64,000 nt of DNA from contig CAWGMQ010000004.1 of NCBI GenBank assembly GCA_963823665.1, forward strand, positions 1,024,001 through 1,088,000, given 5' to 3'. Numbering within the stretch: position 1 is the first letter of the stretch; the number at the start of each line of letters is the position of its first letter. The notes below the pieces were generated by a model, which was not told the DNA's origin, searched no databases, and was given only the letters and a program-made list of their open reading frames with translations. The position numbers were made by a program, and so were the translations under genes. Shown here one piece after another: positions 21,262 through 32,900 of this stretch. The DNA is from an uncultured Planctomycetota bacterium. Its GTDB lineage: Bacteria; Planctomycetota; Planctomycetia; Isosphaerales; Isosphaeraceae.

Positions 21262-24200
21262 CTATGAATGCGGCTTCGGGCCGGCTGGGTCTTCATCATC
21301 GGGATCGACGCTGGCGGACTCTCCATCCGCGGGCGGGAACGCGGCGTGCGACCCTTCGCCGGTCGTCGATGGGATCGGGTCGAAGTGAGCGCTCGCCGGA
21401 TCATCGGGATCGAGCGATGGCGATTGGCTCGAAGCGCGCCGCAAGAACAGAGTGAACACCGCCGGCAGGACCAGCAATGTGGCGACGGTTGCCAGGGCCA
21501 TCCCTCCGATCACAGCCCGCGCGAGCGGGGCATTCTGCTCGCTTCCCTCTTCCAATCCGAGCGACATCGGGATCATACCGGCGATCATGGCGCAGCCGGT
21601 CATGATGATGGGACGAAGCCTTCCCTTGGCCGCAGTTATGGCCGCGCGGTCGGCCGGCATTCCTTCTTCGCGGCGATGGCGGTCGGCGAAGCTGACCAGC
21701 ATGATCGCATTCGAAACCGCGACACCCACTGCCATGATCGCCCCCATGAATGACTCGATGTTGAGCGTCGAGCGCGTCAGCGCGAGGGCCAACACCACAC
21801 CAGCGAGGACGGCCGGCACCGAAGCCACGGCGGCCAGGGCCAGCCGCGCTTCCTGGAAGTATGCGGTCAACATGATCAGGATCACGACCACGGCCACGAG
21901 GAGACCTCTCACGAGGGACCAGATCATATCTTCCATGGGCCCGACCTGGCCGCGGAGCTCGACCTCGGTTCCCTTGGGAGGCTGGCCGGCGCGGATGATG
22001 GCGGCGTGCAGACGATCGATCACCCGGCCCAGGTCCTGGCCTTCGATGTTGGCGGTGAGGCTCAAATAGCGTTTCATGTTGTAGCGGTCGACCTCACCGA
22101 TCATCTCGCCGCGCATGACGCGGGCGACGTCGCGGATCAAGAGCGGCGGCTTGGGGGTGGATGGGGTGCCCGCGGCTTGCTCGGCGTGATCGCGGCCGGC
22201 CTGGGGGAGGAGCGGCACGAGCTCGACATCGGTCGCGTCGGTCATTCTGGGCGGCGGCACCTGCACCTGCACCTGGTATGAGTTTCCGCTCACGTCGTCG
22301 CGCCAGAAGATTCGCGTGGTGTAGCGGCTCGAGTAGGTGGCGGCGATCAACGATTGGCCGATGTCGCGGGCGGTGACGCCGCTCAAGCCGGCTCGCTCGC
22401 GGTCGAGTGTAACCTGGACGGTCGGGTAATGCAGCGACTGCTGGAGCTGGACGTCTCGCAGGGATTCGATCCGGTCGAATTGTTCCCGCAGCCTATCCAT
22501 ATAGGTACTTGCCTCGGCGAGGTTTCGGCCGGTCACCACGACCTCGATCGGCGCAGGTGCCCCCAGGCTCATCGTTTCGGAGATCAAGTCGCCCGGCTCG
22601 AAGGCGAAGACCATGTCGGCCACTCGCTGGTCGGCCTGTTCGGCCGTGAGCCCCAGTTGGAGCAGCTCCTGACGGAACCAGGCGCCGACCTTCGTCGGCA
22701 GGGCCTTGCGCAGCCGCTCTTGAAGCTCGAATATGTCGACCTTGCTGCCTTCGCGCAAGGCGACCCGCAGCAGGCTGTCGTCGGAACCACGGCTCCAAAT
22801 GTAGGCCGTGTTGATCGCGAAGTTCGGCGGGTTGCCGCCGGCGTAGCCCATCGTGACCTTGACCTTGTCGGGCCCGGCTTCCTCGGCGATGACGTCGAGG
22901 GTCTTTTGCGCCATCCGCGTGGTGAGCTCGTAGTGGGTTCCCTGCGGCGGCCGAGCGCGAAGCTGGAACTGGCCGGTGTCGACTCTGGGGAAAAGCTCGC
23001 GGCCGAGCCTGCTGCCGACGAGGACCACCACGGCGCCGGTCGCGAGCAAGTAAGCCAGAGCGACGATGAACCCATGCGCGACCGTCCATGAAACCAGCCG
23101 CTGGTAGTGATTCAGCATCCGCTCAAAGAACCCCGGGGGCCCAGACGCCGCGTGCGCGCCGTGGCGGTTCTCGAGCAGCCAGACGGAGAGGACCGGCACG
23201 AACGTGCTCGAAAGCAGGTACGATGTGACCATCGCTCCGCCGACGGCCAGCGAGAGTGGCACAAACAGCGCGCGCACGGCGCCATGCATGATGAACGAAG
23301 GAATGAACACCGAGAGGATGCAGAGGAGCGCCAGCAGACGCGGGACCGCAGTCTCCATGTTCCCCTGGCGTACGGCGCGCGACATCGACTTGGTGTGTTC
23401 CATCTGGGTGTGAATGTTCTCGATCTCGACGGTCGCTTCGTCGACCAGGATGCCAATCGCGAGGGCAAGACCACCGAGCGTCATGATGTTGATCGTGTTG
23501 CCGGTCAAGTTGAGCACGATGATCGAGCCCAGGAGCGCCAGGGGAATATTCAGCACCACGACAATCACGGCCCGCAGGTCGCGGAGGAACAACAGCACCA
23601 TGAGTCCGGTCAACCCGGCGCCCAGGGCCCCCTCGACACCCACGCTCTCAATCGCGCGATAAACGATGGGCGACTCATCGAACTGGAACGAGATCTTCAC
23701 GTCGTCAGGAAGCGCAGCCTGGAAGCGTCCCATGTTCTCCTTGATCGCATTGACGACTGAAAGCGTCGAGGCTGAGGCTTGCTTCACGACCGGCAGGAAG
23801 ACCGACTTGCGTCCGTTGACGAGCGAGTATCCGACCGGAACATCGGTCGCGTCAGATACAGTTCCCACGTCTCGCACGTACACGTTCTCTCCGAGTTTGA
23901 GCGGGACGTTGCGCAGCTCCTGGGGGTCGACGACCATCGTGTTCGAGGGCACGATTGTCAACTGGTCCTTGATTGCCACATTGCCGGACGGGCTGATGAA
24001 GGTGCCGCGGTCGATCGCGTCGACCACGTCCTGCGGCGACAGGTTGTAGGAGCGCAGCCGGTCGGGATCGACGTTGACGACGATCGATCGGATATTGCCA
24101 CCAAAGGGCGGAGGCGACGAGATGCCTGCCAGTCCGGAAAACATCGTCCGGACCCGGAATAGGGCGAGGTCGTTGAGCTGCCCTACAGAGCGAGTTTCAC

Positions 24201-24633
24201 TTTCGAAGACGAGGTATCCGACGGGCAAGCTTCCGGCATCGAGGCGAATGACGTACGGAGGCAGCGACCCGGTCGGCATGATCGAGAGAGCGCGGTTGCA
24301 GTAGGCGACGGTCTGGGCGGTCGCTTCGGCCATGTCGGTGCCGGGCTGGAAGAAGAGCTTGAGCATCACCATGCTCTGGATCGAACGAGACTCGACGTGC
24401 TCGAGGTTGTTGATGTACTGAAAGAAGAGCTCGTACTGGTTGGTGATCAAGCCCTCGATCTGCTTGGGATCCATGCCGCCGTAGTTGTGAATCACGTACA
24501 GGATCGGCTGGTTGAGCGCAGGGAAGATGTCCTTCTGCATCTGGAAGATGCTGTACACGCCGCCCAAGCCCAGGGCCAGCACGAGCATCATCACGGTTAC
24601 CGGGCGGCGGAGCGCGAAGACAATCGGGTTCAT
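21262..24633 (-). CDS. RND efflux permease (AcrB/CusA superfamily)
   Basis: 1123 aa; TM4 GILVDEATVEIENI, RLRPIIMT, PLARAVIGG. Confidence 0.95.
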   Translation of the reverse strand: MNPIVFALRRPVTVMMLVLALGLGGVYSIFQMQKDIFPALNQPILYVIHNYGGMDPKQIEGLITNQYELFFQYINNLEHVESRSIQSMVMLKLFFQPGTDMAEATAQTVAYCNRALSIMPTGSLPPYVIRLDAGSLPVGYLVFESETRSVGQLNDLALFRVRTMFSGLAGISSPPPFGGNIRSIVVNVDPDRLRSYNLSPQDVVDAIDRGTFISPSGNVAIKDQLTIVPSNTMVVDPQELRNVPLKLGENVYVRDVGTVSDATDVPVGYSLVNGRKSVFLPVVKQASASTLSVVNAIKENMGRFQAALPDDVKISFQFDESPIVYRAIESVGVEGALGAGLTGLMVLLFLRDLRAVIVVVLNIPLALLGSIIVLNLTGNTINIMTLGGLALAIGILVDEATVEIENIHTQMEHTKSMSRAVRQGNMETAVPRLLALLCILSVFIPSFIMHGAVRALFVPLSLAVGGAMVTSYLLSSTFVPVLSVWLLENRHGAHAASGPPGFFERMLNHYQRLVSWTVAHGFIVALAYLLATGAVVVLVGSRLGRELFPRVDTGQFQLRARPPQGTHYELTTRMAQKTLDVIAEEAGPDKVKVTMGYAGGNPPNFAINTAYIWSRGSDDSLLRVALREGSKVDIFELQERLRKALPTKVGAWFRQELLQLGLTAEQADQRVADMVFAFEPGDLISETMSLGAPAPIEVVVTGRNLAEASTYMDRLREQFDRIESLRDVQLQQSLHYPTVQVTLDRERAGLSGVTARDIGQSLIAATYSSRYTTRIFWRDDVSGNSYQVQVQVPPPRMTDATDVELVPLLPQAGRDHAEQAAGTPSTPKPPLLIRDVARVMRGEMIGEVDRYNMKRYLSLTANIEGQDLGRVIDRLHAAIIRAGQPPKGTEVELRGQVGPMEDMIWSLVRGLLVAVVVILIMLTAYFQEARLALAAVASVPAVLAGVVLALALTRSTLNIESFMGAIMAVGVAVSNAIMLVSFADRHRREEGMPADRAAITAAKGRLRPIIMTGCAMIAGMIPMSLGLEEGSEQNAPLARAVIGGMALATVATLLVLPAVFTLFLRRASSQSPSLDPDDPASAHFDPIPSTTGEGSHAAFPPADGESASVDPDDEDPAGPKPHS

Positions 24634-24780
24634 TCAGATTCTGCCCGCGGGACGATGGAACCAAAACGGGAGCGGATCGCTCTATCAGGGGTCTCACTTT
24701 AGCAGAAGGAGTGCCGGTTCTCACGCATCGCTTTTCGCGCCGGACGGGCGCGTGCGTTCAATCGAGGAAATACTCCGACG

Positions 24781-26430
24781 TCAGGGCGATGGCGGCCGCG
24801 GTGGGGCCGCACCCTCCGGCGGCGGGGTCGATCCAGCCGGGCCGTGAGCGATCGGGGGCTGAGGCGGGTGCCACTGGAGGGACGTGACCCACTGCGCCGG
24901 CTGGCCGAGCGCCCGGTAGAGATCGAACTGGGCCGTGTTGTACTCGTTCACGGCCTGCGCGTATTGTTCATACGCCGTCTCGAGCGCGATGATGGCGGCG
25001 ACGACTTCTTGAGGACGGATGATCAACCGCAGCAGCTCGCCCGCCGGACGCGCCGTTTCGCGCAGCCCGATGAAGTTCTTGTCGGCCGATTCGATCGCCT
25101 GGCGCACGCCCTCGGCCGTTTCCACGACCCGCACCCGCGCGGTCTGTAATCGGGCCACGGCCTGCGCGACGTCGGCCTTCACTCGGAAGATGGTGCGCGT
25201 GAACTCGATCGCGGCGAGGTCGCGATCGGCCCGCTGCTCGCGAATCCGGCCGATGTTCCCGATCCCCAAGTTCTGCAACTGCCAGACTGCGGACAGATCG
25301 ATGGATTGGCCGGACCCGCTGGTGTTGATCTGCGCATTCGGGCCGGCTGAGAGGTTGCCCGCCGCCAGCAGCCCGGTCGTTGTCGTCGGGCTGGTGATCA
25401 CGAGGTTTGGGAGGAAGGGACGCTTCTGCTCGCGCCGCAAGAGGTCGGCGGCCGCGGCGACGAGCTCGCGGCGCGATGTGATTTCGGGCCGGTTATTGAC
25501 GGCGACGGGCACCAGCTCCTTGGCCGACTGGTCGCAAGAGATGAGGTTGATCTGCAAGAAGGGCGGTTCCATGGGCTCGAGCAATGTGTCGGGCTCGAGC
25601 AACAGAACCTCAGCCAGGCGGGCGCTCGCCACTCGCCAGTCCCGAATGGCGACCTGCTGGGTTTGCCGCAAGCTTTGAAGCTCGGCCTGGGCGCGGTTGA
25701 TTTCCAGCGGGGCGATCAGGGCCGGCGCGAGCCCCTTGGTGAAATTGACCAGCAGCTCGGCCCGCGCAATCGTTGCCACCACGCCCAATAGCCGCCCGCG
25801 CGCTGACTGGAGGTCGAAGAACGTTTGCGAGACGGTGAACAAGATGTCGTTCCGAGCGGTCTGTACATCGGCCTGGCGTGCGGCGACCACGCGCCGAGCC
25901 GCCAGCGGATTGAAGATCGCATCCGTGAGCCCGACGAACAGGCTTGGCCCTCCGCCCACAAATATGGACTGGCGATCTTTCTGGAACAGATTACCTTGAA
26001 AGAGGTTCTGCGCGACGCCGTCGTGCCTGAAATAATCCATGCCTGCATTTAAAGTTGGAATCAAGAGTGCTCTGGCCTGAAGCTGCAGGGCCAGGGATTG
26101 CCGCACCTGGACGATCGCTGCTTCGATGTCGAGCGGGCGCACCCCTGCAAGCTGCATGGCCGTCGCCAGGTTGATCGGCAGTCCCCGCGGGGTTTGGGCA
26201 TCCATGCCTCCCACGGGCAAGCCCACCTCGGCCGGGCCGGGGATGGGTTGCGGAGCGAACGGCATCTGCTGCTCGAGACTGCCCGCCGGCTGTCCGGCGG
26301 GGGCGATCGCTTGCGACCGGAATTCCAGGGGCGGCGGCAATGGCGCGGTCTGAGCGTGGACGTTTCCGCCGGCGAGCACCGCCGCGAGAACAATCTGCAA
26401 AAGCCAGCGCCCAAACGCGTTCCCCCGCAT
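24781..26430 (-). CDS. TolC-family outer membrane efflux protein
   Basis: Signal peptide, two OEP-like helical repeats (AVNNRPEI), position upstream of RND and MFP. Confidence 0.85.
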   Translation of the reverse strand: MRGNAFGRWLLQIVLAAVLAGGNVHAQTAPLPPPLEFRSQAIAPAGQPAGSLEQQMPFAPQPIPGPAEVGLPVGGMDAQTPRGLPINLATAMQLAGVRPLDIEAAIVQVRQSLALQLQARALLIPTLNAGMDYFRHDGVAQNLFQGNLFQKDRQSIFVGGGPSLFVGLTDAIFNPLAARRVVAARQADVQTARNDILFTVSQTFFDLQSARGRLLGVVATIARAELLVNFTKGLAPALIAPLEINRAQAELQSLRQTQQVAIRDWRVASARLAEVLLLEPDTLLEPMEPPFLQINLISCDQSAKELVPVAVNNRPEITSRRELVAAAADLLRREQKRPFLPNLVITSPTTTTGLLAAGNLSAGPNAQINTSGSGQSIDLSAVWQLQNLGIGNIGRIREQRADRDLAAIEFTRTIFRVKADVAQAVARLQTARVRVVETAEGVRQAIESADKNFIGLRETARPAGELLRLIIRPQEVVAAIIALETAYEQYAQAVNEYNTAQFDLYRALGQPAQWVTSLQWHPPQPPIAHGPAGSTPPPEGAAPPRPPSP

Positions 26431-26914
26431 TATCTCCTCCGGGTCGTTACGATCGGGATACTCGCCAGTTGTGTGACTTTTCCGTTCAGGCTGAGTTTGC
26501 CGATGCACGCGAAGCGAAAGGCAATGCCGGATAATCCGCCATCATTATCGGCCGGTGGCAAGCACACGGCTTGAGAGTATTCGTGCAGACACGGCGCAAG
26601 TCTCAAGCGGCGAGCTCAAAGAGCCCTCAACCGGCAAGACAAACTTCGTGCGCCGCGCCCTTGTTAGATTGGATTGCCGGCCCGCCGGGACGAGGAGAAC
26701 TGTTTGTCGGATGCGAGCCTCTGCTTGCTTGCGTGCCTGACAGCTTTTTCGGAGACTGACGGTTACTCGAAAGCCCGGTTGGCTTGTCATTGTGAGGGTT
26801 TTCTCTCACGTAGTTTATTCCAGAACATCGGGGAGTTTTCGAGCTATTTCTGAAGATTAGACTTTCGGGCTCCCACAGATCATTCTGGTGCCCATCACTG
26901 GATCGTAGGCCGAG

Positions 26915-29900
26915 ATGAGCGAGCACGTCTTGGTGGACGAGAGTTTGGTCGGCCGGCTACCCCTTCCCTTGGCCCAGCTTGCGCGGCGGGTCCCGAACGC
27001 GAAAACTGCACTGGAGCGACACCTCGCGGCTTACCTCCTCTGGGAAGCGGGGCTAAAGCTGCTGGCCTCTGTCGCCATCGTGGAATATGCCGAGCGCCAG
27101 GACCCCGACGCCGCGCTGGCCGAACGTCTGCAGCACCTGGCGCGGCCGTCGCTCGGCCACTGGTGGGAGTTCGCGCGGCGGCTCCTTCCGGTGCTGGCTG
27201 AAGGGGATGACGAGGGCTTCCGAGCAGTCCGGGACCTGCTGCTGGGACGTACCCGCGACGATCTGCCTCGCGCCGCCGGGCTGGACGCGGCATTACTGGG
27301 AGCACTTGGAGAACGCGGCACCGCGCGTAGCACGGTTCGTCTGACCGAATTGTTCGATCGGATGGTCAGCTACCGCAACCGCGAGCTTGGCCACGGCGCG
27401 GCTGGGCAGCGGGCACCGGATTTCTACGATCGCATGGCTCGTGCGCTCTTGGCCGGGGTGTCGGAGGTGTTTGATCGACTGGATGTTCTGGCCGGTCGCC
27501 AGCTCGTCTATGTCGATGACGTCCGCCGGCTCGCGTCAGGTGACTGGCTCGTCGACCGTTACGAGTTGATCGGCGAATCGGCGAGACGGATCGAGTCGAT
27601 AACGGTGCCGGACGCGCAGTCCGCCACGTTGCCGTGTCCGCACCGAGTCTACCTCGAGCACCGGGGCGGGGCGTCCAGCACGCGTCGCTCGCTCCATCCT
27701 CTCGTTTGCTACCAGCTCGAAACCGGAAAAGTTTTCTTCTTGAACGGCCGCCGCGGCAAGCAGCGCGCTGAGTACCTCTGCTACGACGACGGAGACTTGC
27801 TGCGCCTTGATCTCGGTGCGGACCACCGGTCGCTGCTCGCCGGCGTACTCGGCCGGCCAGTCGACAGCGAGCTCGCCGCCCGATGGGCGACCGAGAGTAC
27901 GGCGGAGGACCCGCCCGAGGACCTCCCGCGGGCTCCACTTACCGAACGCACAGTCGGCGAGTTCGAGCTGCTGAGCCGGCTCGGCCGAGGAGGGATGGGC
28001 GTCGTGTACCGCGCCTGGCAGCCCTCGCTTTGCCGGCAGGTGGCGATCAAGTGCATGCTCCGGAGCGGCGACCCCAAGGCCGAGGCCCGGTTCGCCCGCG
28101 AGATCAGGGCGCTGGGGCGGGTCGAGCACGCCAACCTCGTGAAAGTTTTTACGTCCGGCTCGGAGGGCGACCAGTGGTTCTATGCCATGGAGCTGGTTGA
28201 GGGCGCCGAGCTTTCCGGCATCTGCGAACAGCTCGCCGGTCGCGAAGCCTCGGCCGTCGACGAATCGACCTGGCGCGATGCCTTGTCGTCGGCCCACGCC
28301 AAGGCCCGCTCGGGCGAGACCCCCCTGAGCGACGAACGGCGCGGTGCTTCTTCCGCTCTCGCTGACGAACCGCCACCCGCCGATTCCCCAGGCGCCGCCT
28401 CGCTCAATCTGCCCGCTCCCGGCGGCCGAGGCTATGTCCGCCGCGTCGTCGAGATCGTCGAGCGGGTTGCCGACGCTGCCCACGCCCTGCACGAGGCGGG
28501 TGTCGTTCACCGTGACATCAAGCCCGGAAATGTGATGATCACGGCCGACGGGCACACGCCGGTACTCATGGACCTCGGGCTGGCGCAGGTCGCCGACGAG
28601 ACCGAGGGCCGGATCACGCGCACCCGCCAGTTCATCGGCACGCTCCGATATGCCAGCCCTGAACAGATCCTTGCTGCCGGACAGGTGGACCGCCGCTCGG
28701 ATGTCTACAGCCTGGGCGCGACGCTCTGGGAGCTGCTCACTTTGAGGCCGCTTTTTGGAGCGACCGACGAAACACCCAGCCCTAACCTCATGCTCGACAT
28801 CCAGTCGAAGACTCCTGAGAGTCTCCGGAAGTACAACCCCCAGGTGCCCCGTGACCTTGAAGCCTGCGTGCTCAAGTGCCTCGAGAAGGACCGCGGCCGC
28901 CGCTATGCGACCGCCGCCGATCTCGCGGCCGACCTGAACAGGTTCCTCCGCGGCGAGCCGGTCGCTGCGCAACCGCCGAGCCTCGGCTACCTGGCGACCA
29001 AGTTCGTCAAGCGTCACAAGCTGCCGCTGGCCTCTGCGGCGGCAGTCGTCTTCATGCTTGCAGCCGGCGGCGCGATCGCTTTCTACCGGATTAACGAGGA
29101 GCGGAAAGACGCATTACGCGCCCGCAACAGCGAGGCAAACGCCAGGATCGAGGCCCAGAACCGCGCCAGGGAATCGAGCGCGCTGGCCGTCAAGAATAAA
29201 GACCTGGCCGAGCAGGAAAGCAAGGCGCGGCAAAGCGCCGTTCATCAGCTTCGCCTCTCCCGGCTGACCGCCTATGACATGCAGCTCGACCGCGCCGGAA
29301 AACTCCTGACAACCGACCCGGCGGCCGCGGCCCGATTGCTCATCGACAATGAGCAGTGCCCCCCCGATCTTCGGGACTTCGCCTGGGGACGGCTGTTGTC
29401 GCTGGCCCGGTGCTCGACCTGGGTCATCCGCGCCGACGACTCCCCCGTCAATCGCGTCGCTTGTGCGCCCCACGGGTTTCTCTTTGCTTCCGCCGGCGCC
29501 GACGGGACCGTTCGCCTCTGGAGCCCCGCAGAATCTTTGCACAAAGCGACGAAGACCTTCTCAGGCCATGAAGGGGCCGTCTGGTCCGTCGCCATCTCGC
29601 CGGATGCCCGGACTGCCGCCTCTGCGGGTCGCGACGGCACTGTCCGCCTCTGGGATTTGATCAAGGGGCACGCCGGCGCCGTTCTGCGTGGTCACGTGGG
29701 GGACGTAGCCGACGTGGTGTTCAGCCCTGACGGCAAGTCCCTCGCATCGGGCGGGCGTGACGGCACCGTGCGCGTGTGGGACGTCAATCGCGGTGTGCCA
29801 GTTGTGACCTTGCGGAATGATGGGGCGCCGATCCTCGGCATCGCATTTTCCCCAGCCGGCGGGTCGCTGGCAGCCTCAGGAGCCGACCGGGTCGTTCGGA

Positions 29901-32900
29901 TCTGGGACGCCGTGCGCAGAATAACGGGCGCCCCCCCTCAACGAGGGGAGCCCGAGGCCGCCAGCGGAATCGACGGTGGATCTGGCGGAGACCGGCCAGG
30001 CCGACCGGCGGCCCAGGTCGTCCGCGACTGGAAGCTGGACGATACTCGTGAGCGGTTAACAATCGCGGTCGAGGGTGCGCCGGTCGGGCCGCTTGCGTTC
30101 GCGCCGGACGGCTTTTTCTTGGCTGGCGGGGGCGTCGACCACGTTGTCCGGGTCTGGGAGTCGAGGACTGGTCGCGAGGCCGCAAAGTTGTCCGGACACG
30201 ACGGGCCGGTGACCGCACTTGCGTTCGCGCCCGACGCGGTGACGCTCGCCTCCTCAGGCGCCAGCGGCATCAAGCTTTGGAATACGGAGGGATGGCGCGA
30301 GATTGCGGTTCTGCGATCTTCGTCCGGCGAGAATCCGACGGCGCTGGCGTTCTCTGGCGATGGCGGGACGCTTCTTGCCGGCCACCGATCGGGCGGGTTT
30401 TCACTCTGGGACATCCCCGAACGGCGAGAGTGGCCGGGGTTCAGAGGCCACAAGAAGGAATTTCGGCGGGCCGTCTTCTCGCCCAACGGCGCGCTCCTGG
30501 CCGCGGGCCAATCCGACGGCGGAATTCGGCTCTGGGACTGCACGACCGGCGCCCCGATTCGGTCACTGAACGGACACACGCTGGCCGTGAGCGGACTCGC
30601 ATTTTCACCCGACGGCAAGGCTCTCGCATCGGCGTCTTACGACGGCACAGTCAGGCTTTGGGACGTGGATTCCGGCCGAGAACGCGCTTCATTGGTGATC
30701 ATTCCCTCGACCGCGAATGGCGAATCCTCGGCGCTTGCGGTTGCGTTTGCGCCCAACGGCAAGACACTGTCGGTCGCGGGCCAGGATGCGAAGATCCACG
30801 TGTTCGACGTGGAGACCGGTCGGGAAAGGGTTGCATTTCCAAAGAACCCGGGGGAGCAAGCGACCACGAAGCCACCCGCAAGCGAGGCCGCGCAGCCGCC
30901 CACTCCGTTACCTGCTCTCCCGGGCACAAGTCCGGCCTCGGTGAAACCAACTGCGGACTCTGAAGAGACCTTACGGCCTGAACAATTGTCGTCAGACCAG
31001 TTGCTTGAACACTTCAGAAAGCGCCGAGATGAGTCCCGCGACAGCCGCGACGACGCCATCGGCATTCTTCGACGGTTGCAGAACGTGATTCGCTCCGCCG
31101 CGCGAGTTGACGAGAGGTACCGCAACACTCTCGCCACCATTATCGGGTCTGAAATCCTTAACACTCAACGCTTACTCGTGAGTCGATGTCTGGGTTATGC
31201 TCCCGACGGCGGCGCCCTTGCTTCGGCGGACGGCAGGGGATTCATTCGGGTTTGGGCGTCAACCGGCGAATTGCTCGCTCAAGTTGGGCGCCAGCCTCAC
31301 GCAGCCGATCGGTTGGAATACTCGCCCGACGGCCGGCTCATCGCCGTTGGTGGTGATGATGGGGCCATTGTCCTCTGGAACCCGTTGGGGACAGGCGAGC
31401 AATTCCGGCTTCCGGGACGCTCTGGAGTGCAACCTTGTTTTTCGTTTGCACCCGATGGGCAGGCTTTCGCGTACCAGGCCGCCGATTCAGTGCGGGTGAT
31501 TGACGTTCAAACCAGGAACATCCTGTCCGTATTCACTGATCTAAACTGGGTCCGGGACCTGGCATTCGCACCCGACGGAACAACTCTTGTGGGGACGAGT
31601 GCGGCCCGCATCTTGGCCTGGAACCTCAAGGCGTCAACCGGAGAATCCACGCTCGCCGGTCACGTGGACGATGTTCGGGCGGTCGCGGCGTCGCCCAACG
31701 GCTGGATTGCAAGCGGCGACATCCGCGGGCGCATTCTGCTGTGGAGCGATTCGGGAGGTCTTGGAGCCGAGCTGACCAGTGGGCCGGACCTGTCGGGCAG
31801 CGATTCCGCGAGGGATGGGGTCGCCGGTTTGACGTTCTCGCCCTCCGGAAGTCTCATCGCGTCGAAGACTGAAAAAGGTGTGATCACGGTTTGGGACGTC
31901 GTCACCGGGCGCGCGTGCGCCAGGCTCGGTACGCTTTCTGACGAGCGTCTGGCACGAAACGATAGCGGCGCTTACCTGCGAAAACCCGCGCAGAGCACCC
32001 TTGTGTTCTCAGCAGACAGCCGACTTTTTGCCGCGACGAGCGGGGCAGGTCGAGTCTCTGTCTGGGACACGGCGACCTGGCGAGAGGTTAGCCTGGTAGG
32101 ACCACAATCGCGTCCTTTAGCTCTGAGCTTCGGCGCGGGAGCCACGACGCTCGTGGGCGCGTACGAAACGGGAGAGATCAACCGCTGGGACATTCCATCG
32201 CGCGAGCGCGCCAAGCTCCCATCCGGCCGGCCGGCCGGCGTCGCGGTCATCTCGCCTGACGGGAAGACATTGGCCGCGGGCCGAGACTCGTACGACGACA
32301 CGGCGGACGCCGTAACAGGTGTGCCAGGCGCATCAAAAGAGCTTGCGCCCCTTTTTCGGTGCGCGACCTGGCAACTGGCCGCGTGCTCGCCGAGGTCAAG
32401 CGTGCCGGTTGGGGTGAAGACGCACAAGCTCTTGCTTTCTCACCCGACGGCCGGCGGATCGTCGCCGCCTTGTCGAGTGGCGCGGTGGCGGTCTGGGATG
32501 CCGCGAACGGGGAAAAGGTGCTGAACGTTTCGATCGACCCGTTGACCGGTCGTGTGAGCTCGGTTGCGTTCGCGCCGGATGGGTCCACGATCATCACGGC
32601 CGGCCCGCTCAGCTCGGTCTATCGATGGGACGCCGCAACTGGAGAACAGCGGAGAAGCCTGCAGGGGCATACCGCCGCGGTGACTGCCGTTGCGTTTGCC
32701 CCGGACGGCGCCACTCTGGCCACAGCGGGATACGACTGGACGGCGCGGCTCTGGGACACCGCGACCGGCAGCCACCTTGCCACGCTCGCTTCGCACAACG
32801 CTCCGATCCGGGCGGTCGCCTTTTCGCGCGACGGCCTGTCTCTGGCGACATGCGGCGACGACGACCGGGTTCTCTTGTGGGATACTTCAACCGGCCGCGG

